In this document: positions 15,230 to 26,263 of the stretch, piece by piece
How positions within the stretch are numbered: position 1 is the first letter of the stretch
How the letters are laid out: the number at the start of each line of letters is the position of its first letter
IMG/VR virus record: IMGVR_UViG_3300042197_003621
Span: 1-39,416 of that record
DNA: 39,416 bases
Direction: 5' to 3' (one strand)
From: a virus
Lineage: Duplodnaviria > Caudoviricetes
Translations under genes and position numbers: made by a program
Notes under the pieces: model-generated
The model's input: the letters and a program-made list of their open reading frames with translations, nothing else
What the model was told of the DNA's origin: nothing
The model's database searches: none

Positions 15230-17266
15230 ATGTCCAACAACTGCAACTCCTGCGAGCCGGTCCAGTGGTGTACTCCTCCGAATTGGAATACCGATTTTCC
15301 GCAATTGGTCGGAGCAACGGGGGCCACTGGTCCAGCAGGTGCCACCGGCGCCGGGGTTACAGGAGCGACTGGAGCTATCCCCCCGTGGGTGTTCGCGTTT
15401 TACTTCACCGGCAGCGCGATTGACGAAGCGGTTTTTGGTTATTTCAACACGCAAGTTCAGGCGGAAATAGTCGCCATCTCCATTGCCGCTCAAACAGCGC
15501 CCAGTGGGTCAGACCTCACCATCGATTTGGTCGATTCTCTCGGTTTCGAGCTTGGACGTATCGCCACTCTTTCGGCGGGGAGTAATTACTCAAAAACTTC
15601 GGTTTTGCCTTACACGGTCGCGGCCAACGATTTTGTCCGGGCCAAGATCAAGTCCGTAGGCAGTATCGACCCGGGCGGATATCTTTGCGTCACGCTCTTT
15701 TTCTCTGCGGCTGGTACACCCGGCCCTACTGGTGCCACGGGCCCTCAAGGCCCTGCGGGTGGCCCCACCGGGCCAACTGGTGCGACCGGTCCCGCGGGTG
15801 CCACGGGCGCTGCGGGTAGCCCCGGTGGTGCCACGGGTGCCACGGGTGCGGTAGGATCCACGGGTGCCGCGGGCGCAACTGGAGCAGTTGGTGTAACGGG
15901 CGCAACGGGTCCTCAAGGCATTACGGGTGCGACTGGTGTTCAAGGGCTGACCGGTGCGACGGGTGCTTCGGGCGCTCGTGGCGCTACAGGCGCTACCGGT
16001 GTCGGAACGACAGGTGCGACGGGCGTTGCCGGTTCAACCGGACCAACGGGCGCTGGAGTTACCGGAGCGACCGGTGTTGCCGGTTCAACGGGTGTAACAG
16101 GCCCCAGCGGATCTTTGGGTGCTACGGGAGCAACAGGTGTCGCTGGTCCGACCGGCGTTACCGGAGCTACCGGGCCCGCGGGAGCAACGGGTGTGGGCGT
16201 TACTGGTGCAACGGGTGTAGCCGGCTCAACGGGTGCTACCGGCTCTGTCGGCGCAACCGGAGCGGGAGTTACTGGAGCTACTGGAGTGCAAGGCCCTACC
16301 GGTTCTCAAGGGGCTACCGGAGCCACGGGCGCAGGCGTTACCGGTGCAACGGGTGTGGCTGGCCCAACAGGCGCTATCGGCGTCACGGGAGCTACGGGTC
16401 CTACGGGCGCCGGAGCCACTGGTCCTACCGGACCCCAAGGGGCTACCGGTGTTACAACCGCTCCGAACATTCAGTTTTTTACCGCCGGAGGAACTTGGAC
16501 CAAACCCTCCAACGCCAAGACGACTTTTGTGTACCTTGTCGGCGGCGGTGGCGGTGGTGGTTCCGGGCGCCGCGGCGCCTCGGCCACAGACCGGTTCGGT
16601 GGCGCGGGTGGCAGCGGCGGCGGTGCCACGTTCCTGTCTTTGCCTTCCTCCATCCTTGGGGCCACGGAACCCATCGGCGTTGGTGCCGGCGGTGCCGGCG
16701 GCGCGGCCATCACGTTGGACGATACCAACGGGAACGTCGGTGTTGATGGCGGTGACTCGTACTTTGGTGGTTGGGCCGTCGCCTTGGGCGGCAAGGGCGG
16801 CGAGGGCGGCACCGCGACCGATAGTATCGCCTACAGCGGCGGCAATAGTCAGGCGGTAGGCGGTGCCGGCGGTGGCACCAACACGGTTACCGCTGGAGCC
16901 ACGTCCAAGCAGGCTGCGGCCGGTGGTGGCAAGGGCGCCGACCTCGACAGCACCGACACCCTTGTTTACGGCGGCAACGGAGGTGATGCGGGAGTTGGTA
17001 CCCGGTTCACCCCCTTGGCCGGAGGTTCCACCAACCCGAATCCGGGTCCGGGCGCAAACGGTGACGACGCCGTCACCAACGAACCGCAAGGCGGTGCCGG
17101 CGGCGGTGGCGGCGGCACGGATCTCGCCACCACGGGCGGAGACGGTGGCACCGGCGGGTCCTATGGCGGCGGTGGCGGCGGTGGCGCCGCCAGCGAAAAC
17201 ACGTTCGACTCAGGCAAAGGTGGTGATGGCGCCGCGGGAATCGCAATCGTCATAACCTACTTCTAA
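15230..17266 (+). CDS. Collagen-like fibre protein with glycine-rich C-terminal domain
   Basis: Long GATG(P/A/V)T repeat at about 15720-16450, then [11 protein letters not shown]...[11 protein letters not shown]...GIAIVITYF glycine-rich domain. Confidence 0.8.
   Translation: MSNNCNSCEPVQWCTPPNWNTDFPQLVGATGATGPAGATGAGVTGATGAIPPWVFAFYFTGSAIDEAVFGYFNTQVQAEIVAISIAAQTAPSGSDLTIDLVDSLGFELGRIATLSAGSNYSKTSVLPYTVAANDFVRAKIKSVGSIDPGGYLCVTLFFSAAGTPGPTGATGPQGPAGGPTGPTGATGPAGATGAAGSPGGATGATGAVGSTGAAGATGAVGVTGATGPQGITGATGVQGLTGATGASGARGATGATGVGTTGATGVAGSTGPTGAGVTGATGVAGSTGVTGPSGSLGATGATGVAGPTGVTGATGPAGATGVGVTGATGVAGSTGATGSVGATGAGVTGATGVQGPTGSQGATGATGAGVTGATGVAGPTGAIGVTGATGPTGAGATGPTGPQGATGVTTAPNIQFFTAGGTWTKPSNAKTTFVYLVGGGGGGGSGRRGASATDRFGGAGGSGGGATFLSLPSSILGATEPIGVGAGGAGGAAITLDDTNGNVGVDGGDSYFGGWAVALGGKGGEGGTATDSIAYSGGNSQAVGGAGGGTNTVTAGATSKQAAAGGGKGADLDSTDTLVYGGNGGDAGVGTRFTPLAGGSTNPNPGPGANGDDAVTNEPQGGAGGGGGGTDLATTGGDGGTGGSYGGGGGGGAASENTFDSGKGGDGAAGIAIVITYF
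15720..16450 (+). repeat. Collagen-type coding repeat (9/18-nt periodicity)
   Basis: Degenerate ggNgcNacN triplet repeats encoding G-A-T / G-P-T. Confidence 0.85.
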
Positions 17267-17267
17267 C

Positions 17268-17471
17268 ATGCCGGATAACATCTATCCAGACGACCCGAAC
17301 GGCACAGATTGGGTCCGGCTCGGCCAATGGTTGGAGGCTTGGTATTACTCCCTCACTTCAACACCCCCTAGCGGCGACCCGTTGCTTGCCCCCATCCGTC
17401 AGGAAGACACCGAGGGCGTCAAGTTTGCCAAATGGCAGCGTTGGCTCAAAGCGATTCAACAAGTTTCCTAA
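17268..17471 (+). CDS. Small virion-associated protein
   Basis: 67 aa, tightly spaced in the operon; shares the DTEG......QRWLK motif with the next gene. Confidence 0.65.
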   Translation: MPDNIYPDDPNGTDWVRLGQWLEAWYYSLTSTPPSGDPLLAPIRQEDTEGVKFAKWQRWLKAIQQVS

Positions 17472-17483
17472 CCATCGACCTCC

Positions 17484-17933
17484 ATGCCTGACCCACTTCT
17501 ACGCGATCTGACCGTTTACGACACCGAGGGCACGCGCTGGGCGGTCATCCAGCGTTGGCTCAAGGACGTCGTCGACACGATCAACGCCGGCCACCCGGAG
17601 ACCAAGGGCCGCGATTTCGCGACCATGATCTTCACGGGATCGGCGATCTTGAATAACACGTTTGGGTACTTCAAGTGCAGCACCACGACGAAGTGGACCC
17701 GGGCGCAATTGTTCTGTCAGACCGTCCCGACCGGCTCGGCGATCATCGTCACGTTTGTCAACGACGCCGGCACAAGCCTTGGCGTGACCGCGACCGTGGC
17801 TGCTGGTCAAGATCGGCAGGAGACGGTTTTCGGATCCACTTTGACTTTGTCGCCCGGCGACATTGTTCGATGCAAGATCACGCAGGTTGGATCCACTACC
17901 CCCGGCGGGTACATCACGGTAAACCTGATGTAA
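17484..17933 (+). CDS. Small virion protein with beta-sandwich domain paralogous to part of 15230..17266
   Basis: FTGSAI...FGYF...QT.P.GS...VR.KI..VGS..PGGY..V.L is shared with the 678-aa protein. Confidence 0.7.
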   Translation: MPDPLLRDLTVYDTEGTRWAVIQRWLKDVVDTINAGHPETKGRDFATMIFTGSAILNNTFGYFKCSTTTKWTRAQLFCQTVPTGSAIIVTFVNDAGTSLGVTATVAAGQDRQETVFGSTLTLSPGDIVRCKITQVGSTTPGGYITVNLM

Positions 17934-17941
17934 AATGATTC

Positions 17942-20900
17942 ATGCCCGACGCGATCCAATTCACGATCCCGCCGCTCACCGGCGCAACTGGCGCAGTTTC
18001 ATCCGGAGGAACTACCGGAGCCACTGGCGCGACGGGACCGTCGGGACTGCCGGGACGTAACGGGGTCAACGGAGGCAACGGTGCTACGGGGCCTGCGGGT
18101 TATACGGGCGCCACGGGTCCGGCGGGCAGTCCGGGAGGCGCAACTGGCGCCACTGGTACAGCCGGCACCGCGGGTGCAACGGGTGCAACAGGCGCCGGAG
18201 TTACTGGTGCCACTGGTGCAACGGGAGCAGTAGGCGCCACCGGACCGGCGGGTGGCCCTTCCGGCCCCACTGGTGCAAGTGGCGCAACGGGTGCAACAGG
18301 TCCCGCGGGTGCCACCGGCCCTTCCGGTGTGAATGGCCCAACCGGTGCCACCGGCCCGCAAGGTGCCACCGGCACCGGCGGGGCTCTTGGCAACTACGGG
18401 TCGTTTTACGACACGACCGACCAAAGCGCCGCCAGCACCACGACCGCCTACGCCATCAACATCGGTTCCACCGCGGAAGCCAACGGGGTGTCAATCGCGT
18501 CCGGCAACCAAGTCACGTTCGCTGCGGCCGGCACGTACAATTTCCAGTACTCGATCCAGTTCAAGAACGCTGACAACCAGACTCACGCCGTAAACGTGTG
18601 GCTGCGGAAGAACGGTTCAGATGTTGCTGACAGCAACAGCCGGTACTCAGTCCCCAACCGGCACGGCAGCACCGACGGCCAACTCATCGCGGCGATCAAC
18701 TACGTCCTGACGCTCGCCGCATCGGACTACCTGCAACTTGTTTGGTCCACCCAAAATACGTCGGTGACGATCGACACGTTCGCCGCCGGCGTCTCGCCGA
18801 CCGTTCCAGTCACGCCCAGCGTCATCGTCACCGCGCAGCAGGTGATGTACACGCAAGCCGGAGCCACCGGCGCGGCAGGAGCAACGGGCGCCACGGGCGC
18901 AGGAGTTACGGGAGCAACGGGCGCGACGGGTGCTACCGGCGCCACGGGCCCGGCGGGCACCGGCACGACAGGAGCGACGGGTGCCGCTGGTCCTACCGGA
19001 GCCACCGGCCCTGCGGGAGCCACCGGAGCCGGTGTGACTGGAGCAACCGGCATTCAAGGCCCTACCGGCGCAACTGGCCCGGTGGGAGCTACAGGTGCGG
19101 GAGTAACTGGAGCTACAGGCATTCAAGGCCCTACCGGCGCAACGGGTCCGGCGGGCGCCACAGGTGCGGGAGTAACTGGTGCTACCGGAGTTCAAGGCGC
19201 CACGGGACCGACCGGTGCTCAAGGTGCCACGGGCCCCACGGGCGTGGGCATTACCGGAGCCACCGGCATTCAAGGTTCAACCGGCCCCACTGGCATTGGA
19301 ACGACGGGGGCAACAGGAGCTACCGGAGTCACGGGCATTCAAGGAGCTACCGGACCAACCGGTGCCGAAGGTGTTACCGGCGTGCAAGGCGCTACCGGCC
19401 CTACCGGCACGACGTTTACCGCCAAGACAACCCTTGGCCCTGCGCGTCGGCGTTATCCGGATGGCACTACCGGAGCCACGACTGAGAACGTGTTTTATCA
19501 GGACGTTTTCAACGTCAAGGACTACGGAGCCTACGGCAACGGCACCAACGACGACACCGCGTCGATCTCCGCGGCTATCGATGCTGCTCTCGCGGCGGCT
19601 AACGGTGGCGCGGTCTACTTCCCGTCAGGTCAGTATCTGGTAAACTCCCGTATCACCAAAACGGTCACCAAAAGCCTGTACTTTTTTGGCGACGACGAGA
19701 GTTCTACCATCGTATCCAATAACACGTCCGGGTTGTTCGACCTCACGACTGCGGCTAATGAGACCATCTGCATTGGGTTCTCCAGTCTGGAAATGGTCTC
19801 TCAGCAAACCGCTGGAACCGCGATCTCTGCCACTTTCCTTCCCGCAAACAACTCCCATCGGTATAGTAGGTTTTACGCTCAAAGTCTCACAATAGGCAAA
19901 GTCGACAGCGGCTCCCAAATCAACCGGTTTACCCGGGGGCTTGTCCTGAACTGCGCGTCCAACGCGATGTTGGACAACTGTATGATGGACGGGAATTGCC
20001 CGTCTTGGAGGAGAGAAACGAGCACCCACAACGCCGGGTCTTTGGTAATCGGTACCCAGTATACGATCCTGACGGTTGGGACCACCAACTGGGTTAGTAT
20101 TGGAGCGTCGTCTAATACCGTGGGGGTCGTTTTTACGGCTACCGGAATCGGGAGCGGTACCGGTACGGCCACCGGTTTGGCTCCGGTTACTTCCGGAATT
20201 GGGGCCCCTGTTTCGCCTGCAACGGTAGTAAAGGCGCTGTACCTTAATACCTCCAACAACTACGTCTATTTTTGGACCGGAGGTGGGTGGTCGTTAATCG
20301 CCAACATTACCGGGTATGCGAACCCGCTTGCGGTCATCAGCTCGGCTTTGCCGTTCCGCACTCTCGGGACCTACTTGTTGGAGTTTACCGGTACGATGTC
20401 GGTAAACAGCGCCGTTACAAACTGCGGGTTCAATTTTGCGGAAATCGGAGCTTCCGTTCAGATATACCAAGAAGGGCTCAACCTGACCAACGTCGCTATG
20501 GTCGACGTTTTGTATGGGTGCTACTTTGCCAGTAATAGTGCTACCCGCAGCACGTACTTGACCCTCACCGGGGTTCATATTGATGCACGAGGGTCGACGG
20601 ACCAAACGGCAGGGACTGGGGGAGCCGCGGTACGTCTGAACAATGTATCGTGTATGCTGATGACGGACTCGCTGTTGATCTCGGATCAAGGCAAGGCCGT
20701 TTTGTGGATGCAAGGGGTACACGAATCCTGCGTGGTGGGTAACCAAATTTACGGTCCTGCTGATGGGATACTTATCGAGAATGGGGCCAGTTCTTCCACT
20801 TCGTGGTCGAATGTAATCACCGGAAACAATTTCCGGAATGCAAGTAACACCAACATCGCAGTAGTTGCCGGGACCCAGATCATCGCGAACAGTAATACCG

Positions 20901-21406
20901 AGAGCAACGGCACCACCGGAGGTAACCTGATCATTTCCGATTCAGGGACGAACAATCAGATTTGGCGGACCGTGATGGTGGGGGTGAACTCCACCCTATA
21001 CCTGACTGCCATTCAGCTTTACACGGATGGGTCGGAGGCAGCCGTTTCGTGGGACGCGGAGAGGTACACCGGGGGTTTTGGGATTTGGAATGCAGGCACC
21101 CCTACCCGCATCAATGTCCCTAGTGGGGCCCGTCGAGTGCGGGTGAGTGCCGGTTTTTACTGGGAGGCCAGTACCAGTGGGAGGTTTGTCGCCAAGATTA
21201 AGGATAACGGCGGAAACTCTTGGGCACGCGATAACCGGTTCGGATCTTCCACCAGTGAGACTAATAGTGGGACGATGATCACTCCGGTCATCGACATTGC
21301 TGCCACGAGCATCACCTATTTTGAATTGGTCCTGACCCAGACCACCGGAGGCGATCTCGACCTGCAAGCCTCTCAAGCCACGTACTTCACACTGGAGGTC
21401 CTTTAA
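17942..21406 (+). CDS. Collagen-like tail fibre/tailspike with pectate-lyase-like beta-helix
   Basis: Two G-X-T tracts flank a C1q/BclA-CTD-like domain ([10 protein letters not shown]...PSVIVT), followed by [21 protein letters not shown]...[13 protein letters not shown] (Pectate_lyase_3-type start) and Asn-rich beta-helix repeats. Confidence 0.8.
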   Translation: MPDAIQFTIPPLTGATGAVSSGGTTGATGATGPSGLPGRNGVNGGNGATGPAGYTGATGPAGSPGGATGATGTAGTAGATGATGAGVTGATGATGAVGATGPAGGPSGPTGASGATGATGPAGATGPSGVNGPTGATGPQGATGTGGALGNYGSFYDTTDQSAASTTTAYAINIGSTAEANGVSIASGNQVTFAAAGTYNFQYSIQFKNADNQTHAVNVWLRKNGSDVADSNSRYSVPNRHGSTDGQLIAAINYVLTLAASDYLQLVWSTQNTSVTIDTFAAGVSPTVPVTPSVIVTAQQVMYTQAGATGAAGATGATGAGVTGATGATGATGATGPAGTGTTGATGAAGPTGATGPAGATGAGVTGATGIQGPTGATGPVGATGAGVTGATGIQGPTGATGPAGATGAGVTGATGVQGATGPTGAQGATGPTGVGITGATGIQGSTGPTGIGTTGATGATGVTGIQGATGPTGAEGVTGVQGATGPTGTTFTAKTTLGPARRRYPDGTTGATTENVFYQDVFNVKDYGAYGNGTNDDTASISAAIDAALAAANGGAVYFPSGQYLVNSRITKTVTKSLYFFGDDESSTIVSNNTSGLFDLTTAANETICIGFSSLEMVSQQTAGTAISATFLPANNSHRYSRFYAQSLTIGKVDSGSQINRFTRGLVLNCASNAMLDNCMMDGNCPSWRRETSTHNAGSLVIGTQYTILTVGTTNWVSIGASSNTVGVVFTATGIGSGTGTATGLAPVTSGIGAPVSPATVVKALYLNTSNNYVYFWTGGGWSLIANITGYANPLAVISSALPFRTLGTYLLEFTGTMSVNSAVTNCGFNFAEIGASVQIYQEGLNLTNVAMVDVLYGCYFASNSATRSTYLTLTGVHIDARGSTDQTAGTGGAAVRLNNVSCMLMTDSLLISDQGKAVLWMQGVHESCVVGNQIYGPADGILIENGASSSTSWSNVITGNNFRNASNTNIAVVAGTQIIANSNTESNGTTGGNLIISDSGTNNQIWRTVMVGVNSTLYLTAIQLYTDGSEAAVSWDAERYTGGFGIWNAGTPTRINVPSGARRVRVSAGFYWEASTSGRFVAKIKDNGGNSWARDNRFGSSTSETNSGTMITPVIDIAATSITYFELVLTQTTGGDLDLQASQATYFTLEVL
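18859..19410 (+). repeat. Collagen-type coding repeat with near-tandem 69-nt units
   Basis: [19 protein letters not shown](V/A)GAT repeated at about 19026-19200 within a longer G-X-T tract. Confidence 0.8.
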
Positions 21407-21408
21407 TT

Positions 21409-22104
21409 ATGAGCTGCGGATGCGGAAACAATAACTGCAACGGCGGCTGCGGCTGCAACGACTGCAACCAGCCGGGGAACCTGTGCTCCCCGCCCGTGCC
21501 CGTCGTCACGATCGTCGGCGGTCCCGTCGGTCCCACCGGCGCGACCGGCCCCAGCGGCCCCGCTGGGTTCGGTGTGACCGGTCCGACCGGCGCCACCGGG
21601 GCGCAGGGCATCCCCGGCCCGATCGGGGCCAACGGCGCCACCGGTGCCACCGGCGTTGCCGGCGCGAGCGGGGCTCCGACCGCGTTGTTCACCGGCGTCT
21701 ACTGGGACCCCGCGTCGGCCACGACCGACCTTGCCAACCTGCAAGGCTCCCGGGTGCTGGACTTCGGCACGGTCAACTTCTCCAGCGGGGACTACCTCTT
21801 CAGCCTGAAGATGCAGATCGGCTGGAACGCCGGCGCGGTCGGCCCGAACAACCTGAACGGGTCGGTCGACTTTATGGACGGCACTACGTTGCGCCAGACG
21901 TTCAAGTGGGGCCGCTCCAAGAGCGAGGCGGCCGGCTATCAGTATGGTGTCGCCGAGTCCTACGATTTCTGGTTCATCACCACCGTGACGAACGCCCAGA
22001 GCCTGCGTCTGGTTTGTTCCAACCAGTTTTACCTTCTCGGCGCCCAGCTTGTGGCCTTCCCGCTCCCCACCAACACGATTACCTCCCCCGGATTCATCCT
22101 CTGA
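21409..22104 (+). CDS. Collagen-like virion protein with Cys-rich N-terminus
   Basis: [19 protein letters not shown]..., a short G-X-Y tract and a beta-rich C-domain. Confidence 0.75.
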   Translation: MSCGCGNNNCNGGCGCNDCNQPGNLCSPPVPVVTIVGGPVGPTGATGPSGPAGFGVTGPTGATGAQGIPGPIGANGATGATGVAGASGAPTALFTGVYWDPASATTDLANLQGSRVLDFGTVNFSSGDYLFSLKMQIGWNAGAVGPNNLNGSVDFMDGTTLRQTFKWGRSKSEAAGYQYGVAESYDFWFITTVTNAQSLRLVCSNQFYLLGAQLVAFPLPTNTITSPGFIL

Positions 22105-22106
22105 GT

Positions 22107-22526
22107 ATGCACAACGATTTTCCCGTCTCAATCGATCTGGCCATCGACGTGCCCGATATGAAGGGCCCCGGCAAAATGCAGGCCAAGTCCGAGCCTATGT
22201 ACCCGTCGCTCTTCATCAGCGGCGCCAAGAGCCTTGAGGACCTTCCCCGGGAGGGCTACGCCCTGATCCACTTCAAGCGCCGCAGCATCACGATGGGCGA
22301 GCGCGACGGTGAGGACTGCTGCTCCGCCGATCTGGAGATCCACGAGATCCGCCTGCCCGAGAAGGGCTCTGACGAGGATATGGGCGACATCGGCGAGGCC
22401 CTCACCTCGATGGCCAAGAAGCGCGGCCTGATGGGCGGCGAGGACGAGGAGATGGAGGAGTCCGACGAGTCCGAGGAGGGCGAGTCCCTTGCCGGCGCGA
22501 TGGAGGACGAGGACGAGGAGGAATAA
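22107..22526 (+). CDS. Acidic-tailed protein, possibly a capsid staple/cement protein
   Basis: True start is probably ATG 22107 (MHNDFPVS), 2 nt after the previous stop; small beta core (MYPSLFI...ADLEIHEI) and a very acidic tail. Confidence 0.55.
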   Translation: MHNDFPVSIDLAIDVPDMKGPGKMQAKSEPMYPSLFISGAKSLEDLPREGYALIHFKRRSITMGERDGEDCCSADLEIHEIRLPEKGSDEDMGDIGEALTSMAKKRGLMGGEDEEMEESDESEEGESLAGAMEDEDEEE

Positions 22527-22529
22527 TCT

Positions 22530-23513
22530 ATGCAGGTCACTCTTGGCCAAGTCATCACTGCTTCAAAGTCGAACGACCTGCTCGGCATCTCCGACCGCGC
22601 CAAGATCATTGACTACATCACGCGGGCGATCGAGATCGCCGCGTACCGCGCCAACTGGGACCCGTACGTCGGCATCGTCGATATCTGCTCGAACAACAGC
22701 GGGTGCGTGACGTTGCCGGACTTCGTTGAAACGGTGCTGGCCGCCAACGTCGGTGGCCGCCCTTCGCTGGGCCGTTCCAGTTGGTACGAGTTCCACATCA
22801 ACGGTCTCGGCTCCAACTCGTCCTGCGGTGGCGCGTGCGGCGTGTACTGGGACGACAAGATGTGGAGCCCGACGTTTCAGGACCTGAAGCACTGGAGCCT
22901 TGTGGCGGCCATTTGCGAGGACCCGATCGACGGCAACGGATCATTGGAGCTAATCGTGCAGGGCGAGACGATGGACGCCCAGTACAACCAGAAGATGGCC
23001 CTCACCATCCCGGTGAGCGGCCCATCCACGCCGGGCGTGCGGGTGCCGATCCTGACTGGGTTCGCCTCGACCGACCCGGGGGTGACCTACTTCAAGAAGA
23101 TCACGCAGGTCACGAAGCCCGTGACCCGGGGGTACATCAAGCTGATCGGCTTCCGGCCGGAGCAGTTGAGTCAGGCCGTCACGCTTGGGTACTACGCTCC
23201 CCACGAGACCAACCCGCTTTACAAGCGGATGAAGGTCTCCTGCAACTGCGAGTGGGTGCGGATCAAGTACCGGCGCAAGACGATCGCGCTGGTCAACGAC
23301 TATGACCTTATCCCGCTGGATTCGTATCAGGCGACGCTGGATCTGCTTAAAGCTATCCGCCTGCGCGAGACGAACAATATCGATCTGGCCGAGAAGTATG
23401 AGATCAAGGCCGTCCAACTTCTGACTGACGTCCAAGCGATCAAGGACGCCGCCACTTGGACGCCAATGCAGGTCGACCCCGCGTTCGGGATCGGCACCAT
23501 CGACTACCGCTGA
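22530..23513 (+). CDS. Head-tail adaptor / tail tubular protein A-like
   Basis: Helical N- and C-termini around a beta core (MQVTLGQVI...; IKYRRK...DYDLIPL...); directly before the nozzle-sized gene. Confidence 0.55.
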   Translation: MQVTLGQVITASKSNDLLGISDRAKIIDYITRAIEIAAYRANWDPYVGIVDICSNNSGCVTLPDFVETVLAANVGGRPSLGRSSWYEFHINGLGSNSSCGGACGVYWDDKMWSPTFQDLKHWSLVAAICEDPIDGNGSLELIVQGETMDAQYNQKMALTIPVSGPSTPGVRVPILTGFASTDPGVTYFKKITQVTKPVTRGYIKLIGFRPEQLSQAVTLGYYAPHETNPLYKRMKVSCNCEWVRIKYRRKTIALVNDYDLIPLDSYQATLDLLKAIRLRETNNIDLAEKYEIKAVQLLTDVQAIKDAATWTPMQVDPAFGIGTIDYR

Positions 23514-23516
23514 CCT

Positions 23517-25562
23517 ATGGCTGAGAGCGTCACCCAAGGCCGGATAATGATCGAGGGCGGCCTCGATGGCGCCCGCTTTTCCGGTTTTCCGGAAGGCGTG
23601 GACAGCTATTCCCATCCGCTTGCCGTGCGTCAGACGCAGGTCCGCTGGCTGGAGAACGCGGTGACGCAGGGCGCGTTCCTGCAAACGCGTCCGGGCTTCA
23701 AGAGTCACCTGACCTTTGACGTGGTGACCGAGGGCAGCGCCTTCCGCACTTGGTGGCTCGCCGCCGGCCAACCGGTGCTGCACCCGCAGATGCTGGTCGA
23801 CTTCTCGCCGTCGGACGCGCCGTCTCAGCTCGTCTTCGCGATCAGCGGCTCCGTCTGGTTCTGCGTCCTGAACCCGGACGGCACGCTCCAGCCGGCCCAG
23901 CAGATCACCACCCTCCAGTTCACGCCCTACGCCGACCAGATCACCGGCACGGCCTGCACTCAGACCAACACGATCGTCGGGGGCCAGTACGTGAACAACA
24001 TCGTGCCCAAGAACCTGCTGGTGATTCAGGACGGGATCAACCGCGCCGGCATCTGGGACGGGTACTCCGGCACCAGTATGAACCCGCAGAAGCGGATCTC
24101 GACCGACGCGAACGGGAACACCCTGTACGATGTCGGTTACAACGAGACCCGGATCGGGCTGTGGTGCGCGTGGAGCGGTGACCGCCTCTTCGTCTTCAAC
24201 GGCCGGCTGGGTTTCGCCTCTGACCTCGGCGACCCGACGCACTTCACCGAGGAACTGAACCTGAGCAGTTTTCAGGTGATGGTCTTCCCGGACGAGGTCA
24301 CCGGCGCGATCGACCGCGGCACCTCCGGCAACAACCAGTCCGCGGTGGTGGTCTACACCCGCACCACCACTTGGACCCTGTTCAGCGGCGTCCGGGCGCG
24401 TCTGCCGTCCCAGTTCTCCGCTGGTTGGGCCAACACGCCGGGCTGGATGACCAAGATCTTCAGCGGCGTCGGCTGCATCGCCGGCAAGAGCCCGATCGTG
24501 CATCGCGGCCTCCTCTACTGGCGATCCCTGAACGGGCTGGTCGTGTTCGACTCGGTCAACACGGTCAACTCGACCCAGAACCTGCCGATCATCGATCAGG
24601 AGATGGCGTACTCGAAACGGTTGGTGACCCCGCCCAACAACGCCGGCGGCGACCTGACCTGCTCGGGCGGCCGAGGCAGCTACGTGTTCTGGTCGATGCC
24701 GGTGGGCCCGGTCACCAACAGCCGGTGCTACTGCCGGCACACTCAGGTCCTCGACCGCCAGACCACGCCCGTTGGCACCGCCGGCTGGCAAGGCATCTGG
24801 ACCGGCATCCGGCCGGTCGAGTGGGCCTCGATCCAGCTCACCGCCGAGCACACCTACGCCCTGTCGATGGACCACGACGGGGTCATCCGCATCTGGGAGG
24901 GGTTTCAAGCCAACCGGGCCGACAACGGCCGACGCATCCCGTGGATGGTCGAGACCCGGCTGGACCGGGTCCAGAACTCCGTCTTCGAGTACGCCAACTT
25001 CCGGCACTTCCGCCTGATCGTCGACCAGATCGTGGGCAACCTCGACATCGTCGGTTACTGGCGCGGGATGCGCGGCGTGTACCACGAGCTGCTGAACACC
25101 AAGGTCACGTCTACTCCCGGCTCGATTCTGGCGCCGGTGCCGGCTTTCGAGGAGATCACCAACAACACGGAGAACTTCGCCTTCCTCCCCCAGATGCGGA
25201 CGGTGATCTCGCAGGATGTCCGCGGCGTGAACGACGTCTGCTCCTCCGCCGGCGTCGAGTCCGAGTACGAGGATGGCACCGACCACGCCTTCAGCCTGCT
25301 GCTGAAGATGACCGGCCGGGGCGCCATCGTCGCGTACCGGATCGCGGTCGATTCCCGGCCGGACAACACCGAGGGCCGGGCGATCCTGCCGTCGGGCGTC
25401 AGCGAAGACGGGTTCAACATCGTCAGCGCCGCGGAATGTCCGGAGCATATCGAGGGCGTCACGCCGGAGTATCAGCTTTACGATCAACCGGTTCAGCTTG
25501 CCCTTAGTCCGTACCAACCGGCATACGACGAGTCGTTCAACTACCAATCGCCCACGTCCTGA
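23517..25562 (+). CDS. Tail nozzle / tail tubular protein B-like (beta-propeller)
   Basis: 681 aa, beta-rich; ENAV...G.LQTRPGF start, GDRLFV and GVGCIAGKS are typical of P22 gp10 / T7 gp12-like nozzles; synteny fits. Confidence 0.65.
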   Translation: MAESVTQGRIMIEGGLDGARFSGFPEGVDSYSHPLAVRQTQVRWLENAVTQGAFLQTRPGFKSHLTFDVVTEGSAFRTWWLAAGQPVLHPQMLVDFSPSDAPSQLVFAISGSVWFCVLNPDGTLQPAQQITTLQFTPYADQITGTACTQTNTIVGGQYVNNIVPKNLLVIQDGINRAGIWDGYSGTSMNPQKRISTDANGNTLYDVGYNETRIGLWCAWSGDRLFVFNGRLGFASDLGDPTHFTEELNLSSFQVMVFPDEVTGAIDRGTSGNNQSAVVVYTRTTTWTLFSGVRARLPSQFSAGWANTPGWMTKIFSGVGCIAGKSPIVHRGLLYWRSLNGLVVFDSVNTVNSTQNLPIIDQEMAYSKRLVTPPNNAGGDLTCSGGRGSYVFWSMPVGPVTNSRCYCRHTQVLDRQTTPVGTAGWQGIWTGIRPVEWASIQLTAEHTYALSMDHDGVIRIWEGFQANRADNGRRIPWMVETRLDRVQNSVFEYANFRHFRLIVDQIVGNLDIVGYWRGMRGVYHELLNTKVTSTPGSILAPVPAFEEITNNTENFAFLPQMRTVISQDVRGVNDVCSSAGVESEYEDGTDHAFSLLLKMTGRGAIVAYRIAVDSRPDNTEGRAILPSGVSEDGFNIVSAAECPEHIEGVTPEYQLYDQPVQLALSPYQPAYDESFNYQSPTS

Positions 25563-26263
25563 TGAGCGCCACGATCCCCATCACCCTCACGCCGGTTCCG
25601 GTGCCCGTCGGCGTCAAGGCCACGGACATCAACCAGTTGATCACGATCATCACGCAGTACACGGCTGCGTCGGTGAACGCTAACGTCTCGTTCTTCCAGA
25701 TCGTCAGCGCGGACCCCACCCAGATCACGACCCCGCTGATCTTCAACACCACGCAGGGCGTCTTCAAGTTTTGGGACACCACGGTGGGCAAGTACACGCC
25801 CATCTCGCCGTTCCAGCCCGGGGATATCAAAAACACGTTCAACGGTGGCGACAGCCCGCAGACCGGTTGGATCGATTGCGACGGCCGGCCGATCGGCGAC
25901 GTGCCCAACATCAGCGCCAACCAGCAGGGCGTCCTGAACGCCTTGTTCGGCGTGGGCGGCAACCTTCCCGACCTCTCGCCCGTGCAGGGCTTCTCGGATC
26001 TGCCGGCGGCCAACGCCTTCACCAACGTGCCCGTGCTCAACACGGTGCCGCCGGATGGTCAGATCGGCGCGCTGCCCTTCTCCTCGGAGTACGATCCGGT
26101 GCAGCCCCAGAATCTGGCTTCCAACACCGAGACGCTGCGGGACAGTCAGGACGCGCTGCGGACCTCGCTCGTCACGATACAGGGCCTGTCCAACCAGATG
26201 TTGCAGGCGATGATCAACCCGGTCACCGGGCTCACCGCTCAGGTGTTCGTGGGGTATCCCTGA
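25562..26263 (+). CDS. Tail protein with tail-collar-like motif
   Basis: QPGDIKNTFNGGDSPQTGWIDCDGR...LFGVGGNLPDL resembles the phage tail collar domain. Confidence 0.55.
   Translation: MSATIPITLTPVPVPVGVKATDINQLITIITQYTAASVNANVSFFQIVSADPTQITTPLIFNTTQGVFKFWDTTVGKYTPISPFQPGDIKNTFNGGDSPQTGWIDCDGRPIGDVPNISANQQGVLNALFGVGGNLPDLSPVQGFSDLPAANAFTNVPVLNTVPPDGQIGALPFSSEYDPVQPQNLASNTETLRDSQDALRTSLVTIQGLSNQMLQAMINPVTGLTAQVFVGYP

Noticed and set aside
15720-19410. Repeat arrays as possible CRISPR or DGR repeats
   Set aside because: They are degenerate at third codon positions and encode G-X-T collagen. There is no constant repeat with unique spacers, no adenine-specific TR/VR pair and no reverse transcriptase.
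21483-22106. Long N-terminal extensions of ORFs 21483..22526, 25771..26739 and 5214..5897
   Set aside because: They overlap real upstream genes in another frame; coupled starts at 22107, 26263 and 5295 are more plausible.
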